A stretch of DNA of 63,494 nucleotides, the filler included, from Dugesia japonica (Eukaryota): the NCBI GenBank assembly GCA_001938525.1. It is 6 parts of 6 records of this genome, joined end to end, with 100 filler letters (N's around TTAATTAATTAA, not from the genome) between each part and the next. Parts side by side here need not be neighbours in the genome. Positions count along the whole stretch, not along the records: positions 1 to 11,072 come from MQRL01643401.1; positions 11,173 to 21,463 come from MQRL01606603.1; 4 more parts are not named here. One strand, given 5' to 3'. Within the stretch, counting starts at the first letter, position 1. Every line of letters begins with the position of its first letter. Shown piece by piece: positions 1 through 12,099 of the stretch. Below the pieces are notes generated by a model. It was given only the letters and a program-made list of their open reading frames with translations. It ran no database searches and was not told where the DNA came from. The position numbers and the translations under genes were made by a program.

Positions 1-1600
1 GTGATACTGATAATAACTATGTTACTAGATTTAGCCAAGGGCACCAATGCTATATTAGCTTACAATTGTAGTAACCCCGTTTGAGCCCAAAAATATTCAT
101 TAATGGACTTAGAAAATTGTCCCGAAGCTCACCAAACAAACATAAAAATATCCGAACCTATAATTATGTACGTTTATCAGGAATCGGAATTCACTCAAAC
201 AAAAGCAAGAAAATGTATTGTTAAATATTTGAAGGAAGTGTTCTATTGTGATAGTTCTCAGGCAGTACCGTTAGTACAAAGTTTGTCACCAAAAGCAGTA
301 AATATATAAGCTGAAGATTGCGATAAAGCGTTTGAAAACAAAGAAATAACAGTACATGAAAAGTTAAATTAGAAGCGAGAATTAGAGTGAAAGTAAGACA
401 ATCGAAAGATATATTCGGATGGTCATCCGGAGGAGGATAGTGCAAAGGAGGTAATTATTATCTATGGGGCAAAACAAGGGGTGATTCAGTAGTATGACAG
501 ATGTATTATGTAGAATTGAGGAAATTTAAAGCTTCATTCGATTCAGTTACCGGAAAAATGATAACACATCTTTTTTGCAATTTACACGATTTTAATTGTG
601 ATACCGGAGAATCTATGTTAACATACAAAGTAAACCCACATGAATGTACTTTGACAAAACTGAAAACGGTAAAAATGTATTCCATCTCTGGAAAAAGATT
701 CGCGGAGAACTTGGCAAAAGAAACAAGAGACCAAAAGAGAGAATTAACAGTAATACAAGTGAAAACAACTCCTACAATATATGTAACGAATTCTTCGAAA
801 GATGAGATTTATTGTCAAAGGAAAAACAATCAAATGTTCAGCAACAGTAAAGAAAACCAATTATAACGGATAATATATATCTACCGAACTTATTAAAGCC
901 TCTAAAGATCAAGTAGATAAATAAGACATCAAATAAGCTTCATAATTTAATAATAAACTTGATTTTGCATACCATAATTTAATATATCAAATGGAAAAAT
1001 ATATGATGAAACAATATCAAGAGATTGTAAAGTGAATGGAGAATTACAGCGCACAAGAATGGCATTAGCTTTCACTAATCCAGATCTAATGACTCCACTA
1101 TTGTTCGAGGAAACGGGAACTTTTATGAGAATCGTTGGTGAAGCATTATTAACCTTTAAATGAAAAATAGCAAAAGCTACGTTAACAGATCACCCATAAT
1201 GTACAAACGAATTGCCGGTAATACATACCAATAAAAAGGTCTAAGTCAATAAAAAAAACACGTCCTGTTTCCTATAGTAAGAGAAAAAATAATATCATTT
1301 ATGATTGACAGAATCAATAAAGGAAGCCAAGCAGATGATATTAATTTTGAATCGCTATTAGATGTAAATCACTACAAAAGAGCCATACAAGGTTTTATTG
1401 ACAAATCTTTAGGCAGAGCACAAGCAATTGGTGGTATATTTTCGTTTTTTCTACTAATATATTATGTATCAATTTTATTAAAATTAGCCTGCCATCAATA
1501 AATATTATTAAAACAATTACATTAAGTATTTGGCGTTACATGTAAATAAGCAGCATGCATATGTCCATTTATTGCAAAACATTTAATCATGCAAAAACAC
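1..1600 (+). pseudogene. env: Decayed viral-type envelope glycoprotein (chuvirus/Jingchuvirales G-like env) of an LTR retroelement
   Basis: Translating across stops and frameshifts gives, in order: hydrophobic leader VILIITMLLDLAKGTNA; ILAYNCSNPV*AQKYSLMDLENCPE...VYQESE...CIVKYLKEVFYC; G*CKGGNYYLWG...SVV; CNLHDFNCDTGESMLTY; DCKVNGELQRTRMALAFTNPDLMTPLLFEETGTFMRIVGEALLTFK*K...CTNELPVIH; TM segment IGGIFSFFLLIYYVSILL; then LH*VFGVTCK*AACICP. Motif order matches chuvirus-type G as I recall it (GYDC..SLLDV.EC; ALSLA..APDE.A...MK.PGY.A..AGEV....KC; CYNELPV; TM; LH.VYGWS). The 5' end is at or beyond the window edge. Confidence 0.75.
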
Positions 1601-1789
1601 CACGATAAAATCAGCAAACTAGAAAGACAAAATCAAACATGCAGAATTGATCTATCGAACAGAGATGAGAATACAGAATTAGACAATTATAATAATAAAC
1701 CTTATCAATCAGAAACTGATAAACTTAACGAATTAAAATCAAACTTTTTAAATGAAAAAGTAATAAGATACACTGCACCACAAAAATCA

Positions 1790-3808
1790 CACGAGATATA
1801 TGTGATAAATGGAGATACTTCTANNNNNNNNNNNNNNNNNNNNNNNNNNNNNNNNNNNNNNNNNNNNNNNNNNNNNNNNNNNNNNNNNNNNNNNNCAATA
1901 ATTAAAGAGGTATTTCTTAACAAAAAACAACAAGAGAATCTTGATACGAGACTGTCAGAGGAATTAAAACCATTTACGGGTCACAAATTACCTATAAAAT
2001 AGATAATAGACTGCAATATTACTATAGAAAATGAAAATATACAATACCCATTCCGAGTTGTAGATCAAGGGGCACAAGATTAAATTTTGGGATGGATTTA
2101 TTATCAAAATTGACAGGATACGTTAAAGATTTAAAAAATAATAAATTATCCAAATCAGCCCCCGTAAATATTGAAAAAGCAAATAATGATTTTATCTGAA
2201 GTCCAACGCAAAAATAGAATATTCATGCGAATGTATAATGCCCGTAAAATTAGGGTTTCGTAGTGAAAATACTTATTTTTTCGAACCAAATAATCAATTA
2301 GAGAAAATATTTAATATATAAATAGTACCCGGATGTTTTGTACCAAAAGAAGGAAACATGCCCGTAAGAATTACTAATTATAATATTTAAGACGTTAATC
2401 TTCTTCCAGGTAAGAAATTAGGTAAACGTTATGTAAAAAACGAGGATTGTGAAATAAATGAGATTACAATTAATGATAATAACCCTGTAAAACAAAAACA
2501 AATAGTAAAAGAAATATTAATCTACGACAAAATCATATCCAAGCAAACAAAGCTTTACGATAAAACAAAAATAACCAATAGTAATCTAACAGCGCGTCAA
2601 CGACCACAATTACAAGCAGTAAAAGATAAATATGAGGATGTTTTAGCAAAACATGAATTTGATATGGGTGAAGCAGATATAATACAACATGCTATTGACA
2701 CAGGTAATGCTAAACCAATTAAACAAAGACCATATGTTGCACCATATAAATTGAGAGAAGAAGTTAAGCGCCAAATAAAAGAATTAAAAGAATATGTAAT
2801 AATAGTACTAAGCTTCTTTCCATTAGCATCACCAGTAGTGCCAGTAAAGAAAAAGGATGGAGAAATCAGAATGTGTGTAGACTATAGTAAATTAAATGAA
2901 GTTACCAAGAAAGATACTCACTCTTTTCCGAAAATACAAGAACAATTCAATAAATTAAGTAAAGCATTATGGTTTGCAATATTTGATGCCAACAAAGACT
3001 TCTATGAAAGTATTGTTACAAGATAGAGAAAAAACTGCATTCGTAACAGAAGACGGTTTATATAAATTTACAAGAATGCCATTCGGTTTAACGAACGCAC
3101 CAGCTTCTTTCCAGAGATTAATGAATACAGTTTTGATAGATGTGGAACATGTAATAGTATATATGGACGATATTCTGATCGCATCAGAATCATTTGAGCA
3201 ACATTTGACAAACATAGAAAACATGATATCCAGATTACAAAAGGCAAATATAAAATTGAAACCAACAAAATGTAAATGGGCAGAGGAACAGGTATTATTT
3301 TTAGGTCATATTGTCACATCAAGAGGTCTGCAACCTAATCCAGACAAAATAGAAGCAGTAAAAACATTTCCAATACCAAAAACAGTACAATAGCTACAAA
3401 GTTATAACGGATTAGTTGGTTANTATCGTCGATTTATAAAAGATTTTGCCAAAATATCTGCTCCATTAGTAGAATTAACAAAAGGATTAAAAACAAAAGG
3501 AGAAAGTAAGAATGTGATGATCACCGAAAAAATAGATAAAAAGCTCATCAAAATTACAAAAATTATGGGGAATAATCAACAGAAAGCGTTCAAAATGTTA
3601 AAAGAAAAATTAATAACAGCACCAATATTGAGATATCCCGATTTCGATAAACCATTTATAATCATGACAGATGCAAGCGTATATGCCGTTGGAGCAGTTC
3701 TCGGACAAGAGAAAGAGAAAAATAAAGATTATGTAATCGCATACGCCAGTAGAATGTTAAAAGGAGCAGAAACTAGATATTCAACAGTTAGAAAGGAGTG
3801 CTATGCAA
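1790..3808 (+). mobile_element. pol: Ty3/gypsy pol pseudogene: retropepsin, RT and RNase H (truncated before integrase)
   Basis: Protease C-terminus FRVVDQGAQD*ILG(M)DLL; the catalytic DTG is expected inside the 72-N gap at 1824-1895. RT motifs HAIDTGNAKPIKQRPY, SPVVPVKKKDGEIRMCVDY, KTAFVT, RMPFGLTNAPASFQRLMN, VYMDD (3157-3171), FLGHIV. RNase H motifs PILRYPDFDKPFIIMTDAS, GAVLGQ, IAYASR, YSTVRKEC. Several stops and frameshifts; ends abruptly at about 3808. Confidence 0.95.
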
Positions 3809-3809
3809 G

Positions 3810-5530
3810 TAGGTTTTTAAATCGATAATTATTGATTATCGATTTTTGATCGGATGAAATTTTTGATCGAAAATTTTTTTTTGATCGGATCAGAAAAATT
3901 TTTTTTTAAATTAATAGAAAAATATTTTTGTTTTAATGGTGATTTTTAAAATTTTTTTAAAATTTTTTTTTAGTTTTTTAATTAAATTAAAAATTTTTAA
4001 AGTGCAAAGTGCAAATGTGCAAAAGTGTGCAGGTGTGTTTGGAAAGTGCAGGTGCACATTGTGCTGAAGAAAAAAGTGTGCTAAGTGCATTGTGTAAAAA
4101 GTTCTATTGATTTTTTAAAATTTGTGTGTTTTTTAAAAAGTGTGTAGGTGTGTGTAGGTGTGGTTGTATGTGTGTATTTGATGGCTGAAATGAGATGGGC
4201 CAAAAAATCGATATATGTATTGCCAAAGGTAACTATGGGCTCAGATGTCTGTGGGGGCGAGAAAAGGTGTAAGCGCACATCACCACGATGATGAGTTATC
4301 GCGCGTTTGAGTTTGATGATGAATATCTTTTGTGTTTGTGGATGGAATTTATTGGTAGATGGTTTGTTGGAAGGAGGGTGAGTAGGGAAATTCGGTGAGA
4401 TAGTTGTGGTGTGTGATTTGTGGAATATTGATTTTTAAAGATCGATAATGTTCCGTTTGATTAGTAAGTAGTATATCTTTGTTGGAAAAAAATATTTTTC
4501 AAACTTGAGAGATGTGGTGTTGTAGAAGAGAGATAGGGGAATCTGATGAGTGGTGTATTAATTTTTTCCGATGGCTGGTTGAATTTATATTGATTTTGAA
4601 AAAAGTGATTAAAAATTTTTTAAAGGCGATTTATATGTATTATTAGTAATATGGTATTTGTGTGTTGGCGGGAAATTAAAACGTTGAATTTGTGTGTGTC
4701 GTTGTGTGTGTGTGAAAGAGTGAAAAAAAGGAGGAGGAGGAGCTGGAGATCTTGAAATAATTTTTTTTTTGGAGTTTTTTAAGATTTGGTTGATGTTGGA
4801 CAAAAATATTGTCTATATATTGTCTAAAGGACTTATGAGATTGGATGGATGGTTTGTCCTACAACTATGATAGCGCATAAGCACAATCGTATGAGTTATC
4901 GTGGGTCGTTTTTTAGGAAGGCTTTAGGTTTGTATAGGTTTGTTGGAGTTTGTTGGTTGATAATTTGTTGGAGAGGTATTGTGATGGAGAAAATTTTGTA
5001 TGTCGAATGTTATTTGATTTTTTATTTTAAGAGTTAATATTTGATTGGTTGATATTTGTAAGTAGTATAAAAGTTTTAAAAAATTTTTTTGGCGGGGGAG
5101 AGTGGTATGTGTNNNNNNNNNNNNNNNNNNNNNNNNNNNNNNNNNNNNNNNNNNNNNNNNNNTAAGTAGTATAAAAGTTTTAAAAAATTTTTTTGGCGGG
5201 GGAGAGTGGTATGTGTGGAAAGACAATTAATTATCGAAATTTTTGATATTTATTTGAAATTTTTCTGACGGGAGTGTGTGACGTCATAAGGGTTTGAAAT
5301 CTTTATTTTGAGTAAAAATGCTGTATTTTGCTTAAATTGATGAATTTGATGAAAGTAATGTTATTTTTGTAAAAATGATTTATTTTTGAGTATTTTTTGA
5401 CTGCGAAGGGTGGATTTTCATATTTTTCGAACGGAAAAAATGGGAGTCTTGTTATTTTTTGGTGGGAAATTCAAAAAAAATCATTTTGGCAGGAAATTCA
5501 AAAAAAAATCATTTAAAAAAAATCATATAC
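3810..5530. repeat. G/T strand-skewed repetitive insert containing a diverged ~600-bp internal duplication
   Basis: Composition changes abruptly at about 3810. Segments ~4190-4400 and ~4790-5000 share motifs (caaaaa..atat.tattg.caaagg; agcgca...atgagttatcg). No credible ORF. Confidence 0.4.
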
Positions 5531-5687
5531 AATATATATACAAGTACAATACTTCATACATTAATGTTATCAGGTACTTTATCGAACTAATTTGATACAA
5601 ATTTTAATAGGTATACACTGATGAATATGTACAATTTATATAAATATATACAAATTCCATAAGTGTACATTAAATTATTATTATTAT

Positions 5688-5910
5688 TGTTAGAATTCTT
5701 TTTCATAACCATAATATTTTTTATAATGACAATCTAAAATGAGGAATAAATATATATGTAATTATGATTTGAGTAATCAACATATCCCAATCAGCAAACA
5801 AACATTGACCTGTTATGCAACATACAAAATATTTGAACTCATAGTCAAATATTAATTATGCAACATACAGTTTTAATAATCATTTATAATAAATTTAAAA
5901 TATCCTCACA
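5688..5910 (-). mobile_element. Solo LTR, same family as the 3' LTR at 30154
   Basis: The reverse complement starts TGTGAG and ends CTAACA, and aligns along its length with 30154-30358. Flanked by ATTAT direct repeats at 5683-5687 and 5911-5915. Confidence 0.85.
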
Positions 5911-7113
5911 ATTATTATTATTATTATTATTATTATAAGTTTATATAATATAAGTTTATGTATGTATGCATGTATGAATTTGATTATTAATGAAAGGAAA
6001 GTATGAAAATAACCTGATTAGTTGAATCTTTATTTTCCTCATCTAATTATCAGTCTACTTTTTTGCTTGCTAATTGGTTCCCTGCGTGTACCATAGCAAG
6101 ACTGCTAACGTTTTGGTTTTTATGGGTAGAATTGTCTTTTACAAACGTAGTTATAAGTTATATTTTTAGAAAATATTAGTTCAACATAGAAAATATGGGT
6201 CTCATCATTAAAAATACTTGATTAATTATTAGAAATACTTGATTCCATATTAAAAATATAGGTTTAATGTAAAATACACGTTTAAAGGCAAATATGGGTA
6301 TTATAGTGAAAATAATGGTATTGACAATAAAATATGGGTTTTATAATTGAATATAAGACCATTAAACTAGATGTATTCAATAAACCGATTGTTGTAAGTA
6401 GGCTCCAGTGCATTATAATGTATTATTTAGAACAACATATTGACAAATAAATAATCCTTATTTAATTATTTCTTATCAAAGTTAGGTTTCACTGCATTCT
6501 TAAATATCATTCATTGCTTTAAGTTAGAAAAAAAATTTTAAGTATGGTTTACCATCATAAAAAAGTTCAATATTTCCGTGTATCTTGAAATCGTTTTAGA
6601 CGTTGAATGTGTTATTATTATTCAGGTCTATTAAAGTCAGTTCCCTGCGAAGACAAAGTCGAAATACTATCAAAAATAAAATAAGAATTTTAAATGAAAT
6701 CTCGAATACGATCAATGGTCACGTTCAACAATTATTCTTGCAATAAATAACTTTTATTATGAGATAATGAATTAATATTTTCATTCATATTATACTATTA
6801 AAAGTTTAGTAAGTTTTTAATCTTATCCATAATAAAAATGTGTATCTGTGTGTGATTNGTGTGCATNATTTTTTCTAACCGTTTTCTTTAATATAATCGC
6901 TTATTAAACTTTTAAATAAGATTTTTATGCATATAAATATATTTTACCTATATTATATGCAGATAATTAGAATACAATAAATTATTATAAGTTTAATATT
7001 TTAAAGCGATTTCTCATTTAACAGTATACTTTAAAAATATAAATATTTTATTGATAAATGTATTTTAATTAATATTAATCAGTATTTATTTAAATATAAA
7101 ATAGGCATTGATT

Positions 7114-7665
7114 ATGAAAACCAATGTATTTCATTTATNTCTAATATTAATATATTTAAGAAAGATACTGGGTTCTCAGGAATTTGTTAAACTTCGTGTT
7201 CCAAATTTTGCTACGTCGTTTTGTACAAATCGGATGAATTTTTCACATTATTTCGGTTGTAGTTCAAAGAATGTTGGTAGTGTCGGTACGGTTTTAGTTG
7301 TAAGAACGTTAAATGAAATGCAATCTAAATTATCNNNNNNNNNNNNNNNNNNNNNNNNNNNNNNNNNNNNNNNNNNNNNNNNNNNNNNNNNNNNNNNNNN
7401 NNNNNNNNNNNTAGATAAAAAGGATGTTATTAGTGGAATAGTTGTCCTCGAACCAATGTTTTGTACAACTAGATGGTTTAGAGAGTGCACAGATGCAATA
7501 TTAGAACAAAGAGAATTTTCTGAAGAAAATATGTGTTCTAATTTTTTTTATAGGCATTTTAATCAAAAATCTTGTTATTATACTGAGATTTTTGGATATT
7601 TTGATTTGTATAAAATCCAATGGCCTTTTCCAATGGTGTTTTTAAAATCAAAAGCTAATTATCAA
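7114..7665 (+). CDS. NCSTN: Nicastrin-like (gamma-secretase subunit), exon 1
   Basis: Signal-peptide-like start. FCTNRMNFSHYFGCSSKNVGSVGTVLVV resembles nicastrin [35 protein letters not shown] ~ RIAGLAV; FSEENMCSN ~ FSPSVQCPN; LYKIQWPFPMVFLK ~ LAYEDFSFPIFLLE. GT donor at 7666. An N gap at 7335-7411 lies inside the exon. Confidence 0.75.
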
Positions 7666-7723
7666 GTTTAAATTAATTTTTTCAATTTTAAAGTAGATAT
7701 TAAAGTTTTATTATTTTTCTTAG

Positions 7724-7873
7724 CAAAGTGTCATTGACTGCTACGAAACTTATAATACTCTCCAAAGTAAACATAATAAATGCAAAATAAGAATTTCAAG
7801 TTATACGCAAAAATCAAGAAACGTTGCCCGATGTTTTGAAAATAATGAATTATTAAGAAAAAAGTTTTGGCTA
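7724..7873 (+). CDS. NCSTN: Nicastrin-like, exon 2
   Basis: Follows a 58-nt GT..AG phase-0 intron (7666-7723). Reads QSVIDCYETYN...KCKIRISSYTQKSRNVARCFE, resembling nicastrin KVIKQCYQDHN...[27 protein letters not shown] donor at 7874. Confidence 0.7.
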
Positions 7874-8296
7874 GTAAGATAATTCTGTTGGTAAATTATT
7901 TAATAAAATCTTTAATTAATTAAATAAAATAATAATCAGGTTATATTGTAACAGAAATAGTCAATAATAACTTCATATAAATTGTTTTTTTTTTGAGGTA
8001 AAAATATATTTTCAGTAGAAATTAATTCTGCATCCGAAAAGAGTTTTGATTTTTTTCCAACTAATAGAGAGTATCTTGATATAGTATTGTTGTTGTTTCA
8101 CCGATAAAAGTAGTTTCAGGTACCTCTTTAGAAACCCATGAGTAATTAATTGAGCGTTCCTGCCTTTCTATCTTCTTGAGAGAGCTTAATTTTGGTTCTA
8201 GCAAAGAATTATAGAATACCACGATCTATATTCTATGCCAAACTGTTTCAAACTTTTAAACAAAAAAATATTTCCACTTTAACTATTATGTATGCC

Positions 8297-8570
8297 AGTG
8301 CTTCCCAAACGTTTTTTCGATTATTACACACCAAAACATCTACTCAATAAGGCAAATGAGCTAGCTTACAAGAACAAATTAAATTCCAACAAGGTTTGAA
8401 ATTCGACAAGCAAACCCGTATTTCATCATTAACTATGTCAAGTCTTTCTGGCATTTTAGATTTGATTTCAGTAAATATATTTACAAGAGAAAATCTCATA
8501 GTTTAAACGTATTTAATAAGCTTTCGCGACACACTTGCCAATTTCTCACGACACACTATTTGGAATAGGT
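8297..8570. mobile_element. hAT-like MITE, right end damaged
   Basis: Starts CAGTGCTTCCCAAAC, typical of non-autonomous hAT termini; subterminal cgacacac repeats near 8527-8560. Confidence 0.4.
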
Positions 8571-9829
8571 AGATCGATATATCTACTTATTAAAACACCA
8601 TTTATTAGGTCTAAATATGAAGTAAATTGCTCATAATTGAATCGGATTGTTTTGGAAAAATTAGTAAATATTTTATTATAAATAATGGAAAATCAATATC
8701 TACATATAAAAAGTCAATCGCAAAATAAATGCAGAAATTTAAATAATATCCAAAACCATCTTAGTATCGAAAGCGTTTTTATGATATTTGTCTTGTAATT
8801 ACAAAAAACGGAATAAGAAGCAACTGAAATGATTATTTTTGCTCTAGATCAAAGTAAGTTACAAAACATCCAAAAAATGGTGCGGTCTATTTAGAAGAAA
8901 ATTTCATCTTTCGAGTAGAGAGATAGTAGCGCATCAGAACACCAACCCCCCGGCAAATGTTTTGAAAAAAGTGTTCTGAAAATTTGAGCAATTTGATGGG
9001 CCGATAAAAATACACGGACAATTTTTCAATTTTGGTTTGTCGAATTTTTAAACGAGGAGTTTGAAAATTTGAATTTTTGGAATTTAATTTCTCGGTGAAT
9101 TTTTATGGTATGACTTCAAATTTCGTAGAGATTAAATTAAATTTTCTTAATTAAATTCTATATAAGAAAATAATTTTACCTTTTTTAAAACCTGTTTTGT
9201 TCTTGCTACATGGGTAGTGGCGCATCAGAACACTTTAACTTGTTTTATAAATTTCTCAGTCAATACCCATTGTATGGTTCTGAAAATAATAGCATTTGAT
9301 TAAAATGAAAAAATTCTAAACATATTTTTTATAGGTTTAGTTGTATAAATATGTTTTGTTCAGAAGATATGAAATTACAAGGTACCATGCCTTACCTTAG
9401 ATAAAAGAAATTATTTACTCTGGAAATACTTCTGATAAGCAAAAAAATTTAGTATCTTTGAACTCAGAATGAAAAACTAAATATATTTCGTATAGGGTTT
9501 GCAGTATCAAAATGCTTCTTTCAAGAAATAATATATAATTATATAATTAATTATAAATTATAATTATAAATAAATTAATATTAATTTTTAAATTATTTTT
9601 AAACTATTTAAAATAAAAATATAATAATATAAAAATTATTATTTTTATTATTGTAATGAGTAAATGAGTAACTGAGTAAAGTTATATTTTTTGAATAATT
9701 GAGTAAATGATTAACTGAGTAAGTTATATATATTACTCAGTTACTCAGTTAGTTTTATACTCAATAGAATAGAATTTAGTCAATAGAATAAAATTTACTC
9801 AGTGGCATGTAATTTACTATATAGAATAA

Positions 9830-10200
9830 TAAAAATATTAATAATTAATTATAATAAATAATAATAATAAAACTAATAATGATAATAATTAATAATATAA
9901 ATTAAAATAATAATTAATATAATTATAATAATTAAAATAATAATTAAAATAATTATGATAATTAAAATAGTAATAATTAAAATAATTATAATAAATAAAA
10001 TAACTTAAATTATAATAGTTAAAATAATTATAATAATTGAACAATAATTAAAATAATATTTATTAGAATAATTAAAATAATTATAATAATTAAAATAATA
10101 ATAATAATTAAATAACAATTAAAATAATAATTATAATAATAAAATTATTAATAATTAAAATAATAATAATTAAAATAATTAAAATAATAATTAACACACT
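9830..10200. repeat. AAT/ATTAAAATA low-complexity microsatellite
   Basis: Almost pure A/T degenerate tandem repeats. Confidence 0.9.
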
Positions 10201-10519
10201 GAAATTAAATATATTAAATTAATGTAATAATAAATCAAATAATTAACTCTAATTGGCCTATTTTAACGAACACTGAGGCAAAATATTACTTTTGAATTAT
10301 ATAATGGCCATATGATAAGCTTTCATTTATATCTTTCCAAAATAATTGGTCGTCATTATTTGACAATATGACTTAGGACTTTTAATGCTCTATAGCTAGT
10401 GGTTTATATTGGCTATACTAAATTGTTCAACTGTAACCTTTTCACTGTTGTTGTAACAATCTACGTATGACTGGTGTGTTATGTTTGTGTTTTTTTAATT
10501 TAACACCTTTAGCTTTCAT

Positions 10520-11072
10520 GCTATCTTTATCACCAAGTAGACTGTAGCATTTTGGTCTTAAAAATATCCATTTCTTATATTTACCGCCTTTATTTTTGTC
10601 TTTAAATTTTCATACGACAAAGTTTAAGCTCATTGTAAAGTGTATTGTTTGCATTATAATTAGATGTGTCTAATAGTTGGTCATTTATCATCAGCTGTAA
10701 TAATTTTTCTAGTTTAATATCCTTAATCTCCAAGAAAAAANNNNNNNNNNNNNNNNNNNNNATATTGATCTTACATTTTTCTTCTCTTCGATATTTTTCC
10801 AGCTCGATATAATGTAGCTGGTACATTCTCAATTTTGACAAATCTAATACTCTCTGTCCTATATAACTTGACCAATTCTGATGTTCTGCACTCTTCTAAA
10901 ATTTTATCTAAACTACATTAAACCCATTCGAAATCTTTACAAGGTAAATTCTGACTCAATGCCCAGCCGTATATGTTATTGATATCAATATACAGAAGCT
11001 TCATGTTTTCATCGCTAATAACATAATGCTTGTTGACGAAAGTTAGTCCACCTAGTATTCTTCCCTCGAAAA
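10520..11072 (-). mobile_element. polB: Polinton/Maverick (adintovirus-like) protein-primed DNA polymerase B fragment, internally deleted
   Basis: The minus strand reads GGLTFVNKHY...LLYIDINNIYGWALSQNLPCKDFEW (motif A, cf. YLDANNLYGWAMSQPLP). It then jumps to SYIGQRVLDLSKLRMYQLHY...FFLEIK...LLDTSNY. Confidence 0.85.
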
Positions 11073-11172
11073 NNNNNNNNNNNNNNNNNNNNNNNNNNNN
11101 NNNNNNNNNNNNNNNNTTAATTAATTAANNNNNNNNNNNNNNNNNNNNNNNNNNNNNNNNNNNNNNNNNNNN
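11073..11172. other. Artificial contig linker
   Basis: 44 N + TTAATTAATTAA (stops in all six frames) + 44 N; the same structure occurs five times. Confidence 0.95.
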
Positions 11173-11179
11173 AAAAAAA

Positions 11180-12060
11180 CTAACTTAGTAAATCTGTCAA
11201 CCATAACGATAACATACTTCTTAGTTTGTACTTCGAGAAAATGAGTAATATCATGACAACCTGTTCTAAAGGTCCAGACTCTTTCGTTTTATTACTGTAT
11301 GTTTTATTATACTGCATATCATACACTTTTTAATTGGTATTCTACGATAACTTTCATTTAATTATTTTGACAGTTTTTTACCCTCAACATGGCATAATTT
11401 CTCATGAATAAAATCAATATCGGGTATCAATTTCCCTGCAAGTACTATTTTATTTTTGTTGTTTTCATCGATAATCAATAGTTCATTTCAAATTTATCCA
11501 TTTTTAAAAAATATTTACTTTTTGTCACCGTAAAGCTTAGCTTACTATCAACTTTCCCTTTTCTANATAATCAATAATTTCTTATGTAAAAAGATCATTT
11601 CTAAGTATTTCTTTGATTTCATTTGTCAAAATTTCTTTCAACCCGAGCTCGCCTCCTTTGTTATCTTGGCGTAACGTCTGACATTGTGAAAACCAGCTTT
11701 CATGTATTTTTCAAAGTCCCTCAGCATTCCAGATCGAAATTAAATTCTACAAATTTGTTATCCACGTTATAAATGTCAGAGCTTTATGATCTGTTCTTGC
11801 TCTACATAACTTCATCTTTAACATTTGAAAACTATCCGCACATTTATTTGTACATTTGATGTTTTCCCCCGTAGTGACTGCATATCATGGTACTGCAATA
11901 AGAGCGTAGTCTTTTATAAACCGCTTGTAATAATCGCATATGCCTAGAAATGTCCATATTCGTGTGACACATTTTGGTGTTTTTGCTTCTCAAATTTTTC
12001 TGATAGTATCGTCATTTGTCTCTACACTCTTAACACTAATTTTATGATCCAAGAACCACG
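11180..12060 (-). mobile_element. pol: Decayed Ty3/gypsy pol fragment (RT thumb/RNase H towards integrase)
   Basis: Minus strand reads PKCVTRIWTFLGICDYYKRFIKDYALIAVP, later HKALTF. Many deletions. Confidence 0.7.
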
Positions 12061-12099
12061 ATAAAAATGTATTAAATTTTAAAACGAAAAATTATTTTT

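Noticed and set aside
2967-3268. Antisense ORFs over RT (also 20605, 26591, 29867, 50022, 51750, 52781)
   Set aside because: Shadow frames of coding sequence on the opposite strand.
5057-5218. Exact direct repeat either side of a 50-N gap (also 57931-58054)
   Set aside because: Typical unmerged contig overlap rather than a biological duplication.
9335-9540. Possible further nicastrin exons
   Set aside because: No stop-free, phase-compatible frame with nicastrin motifs was found.
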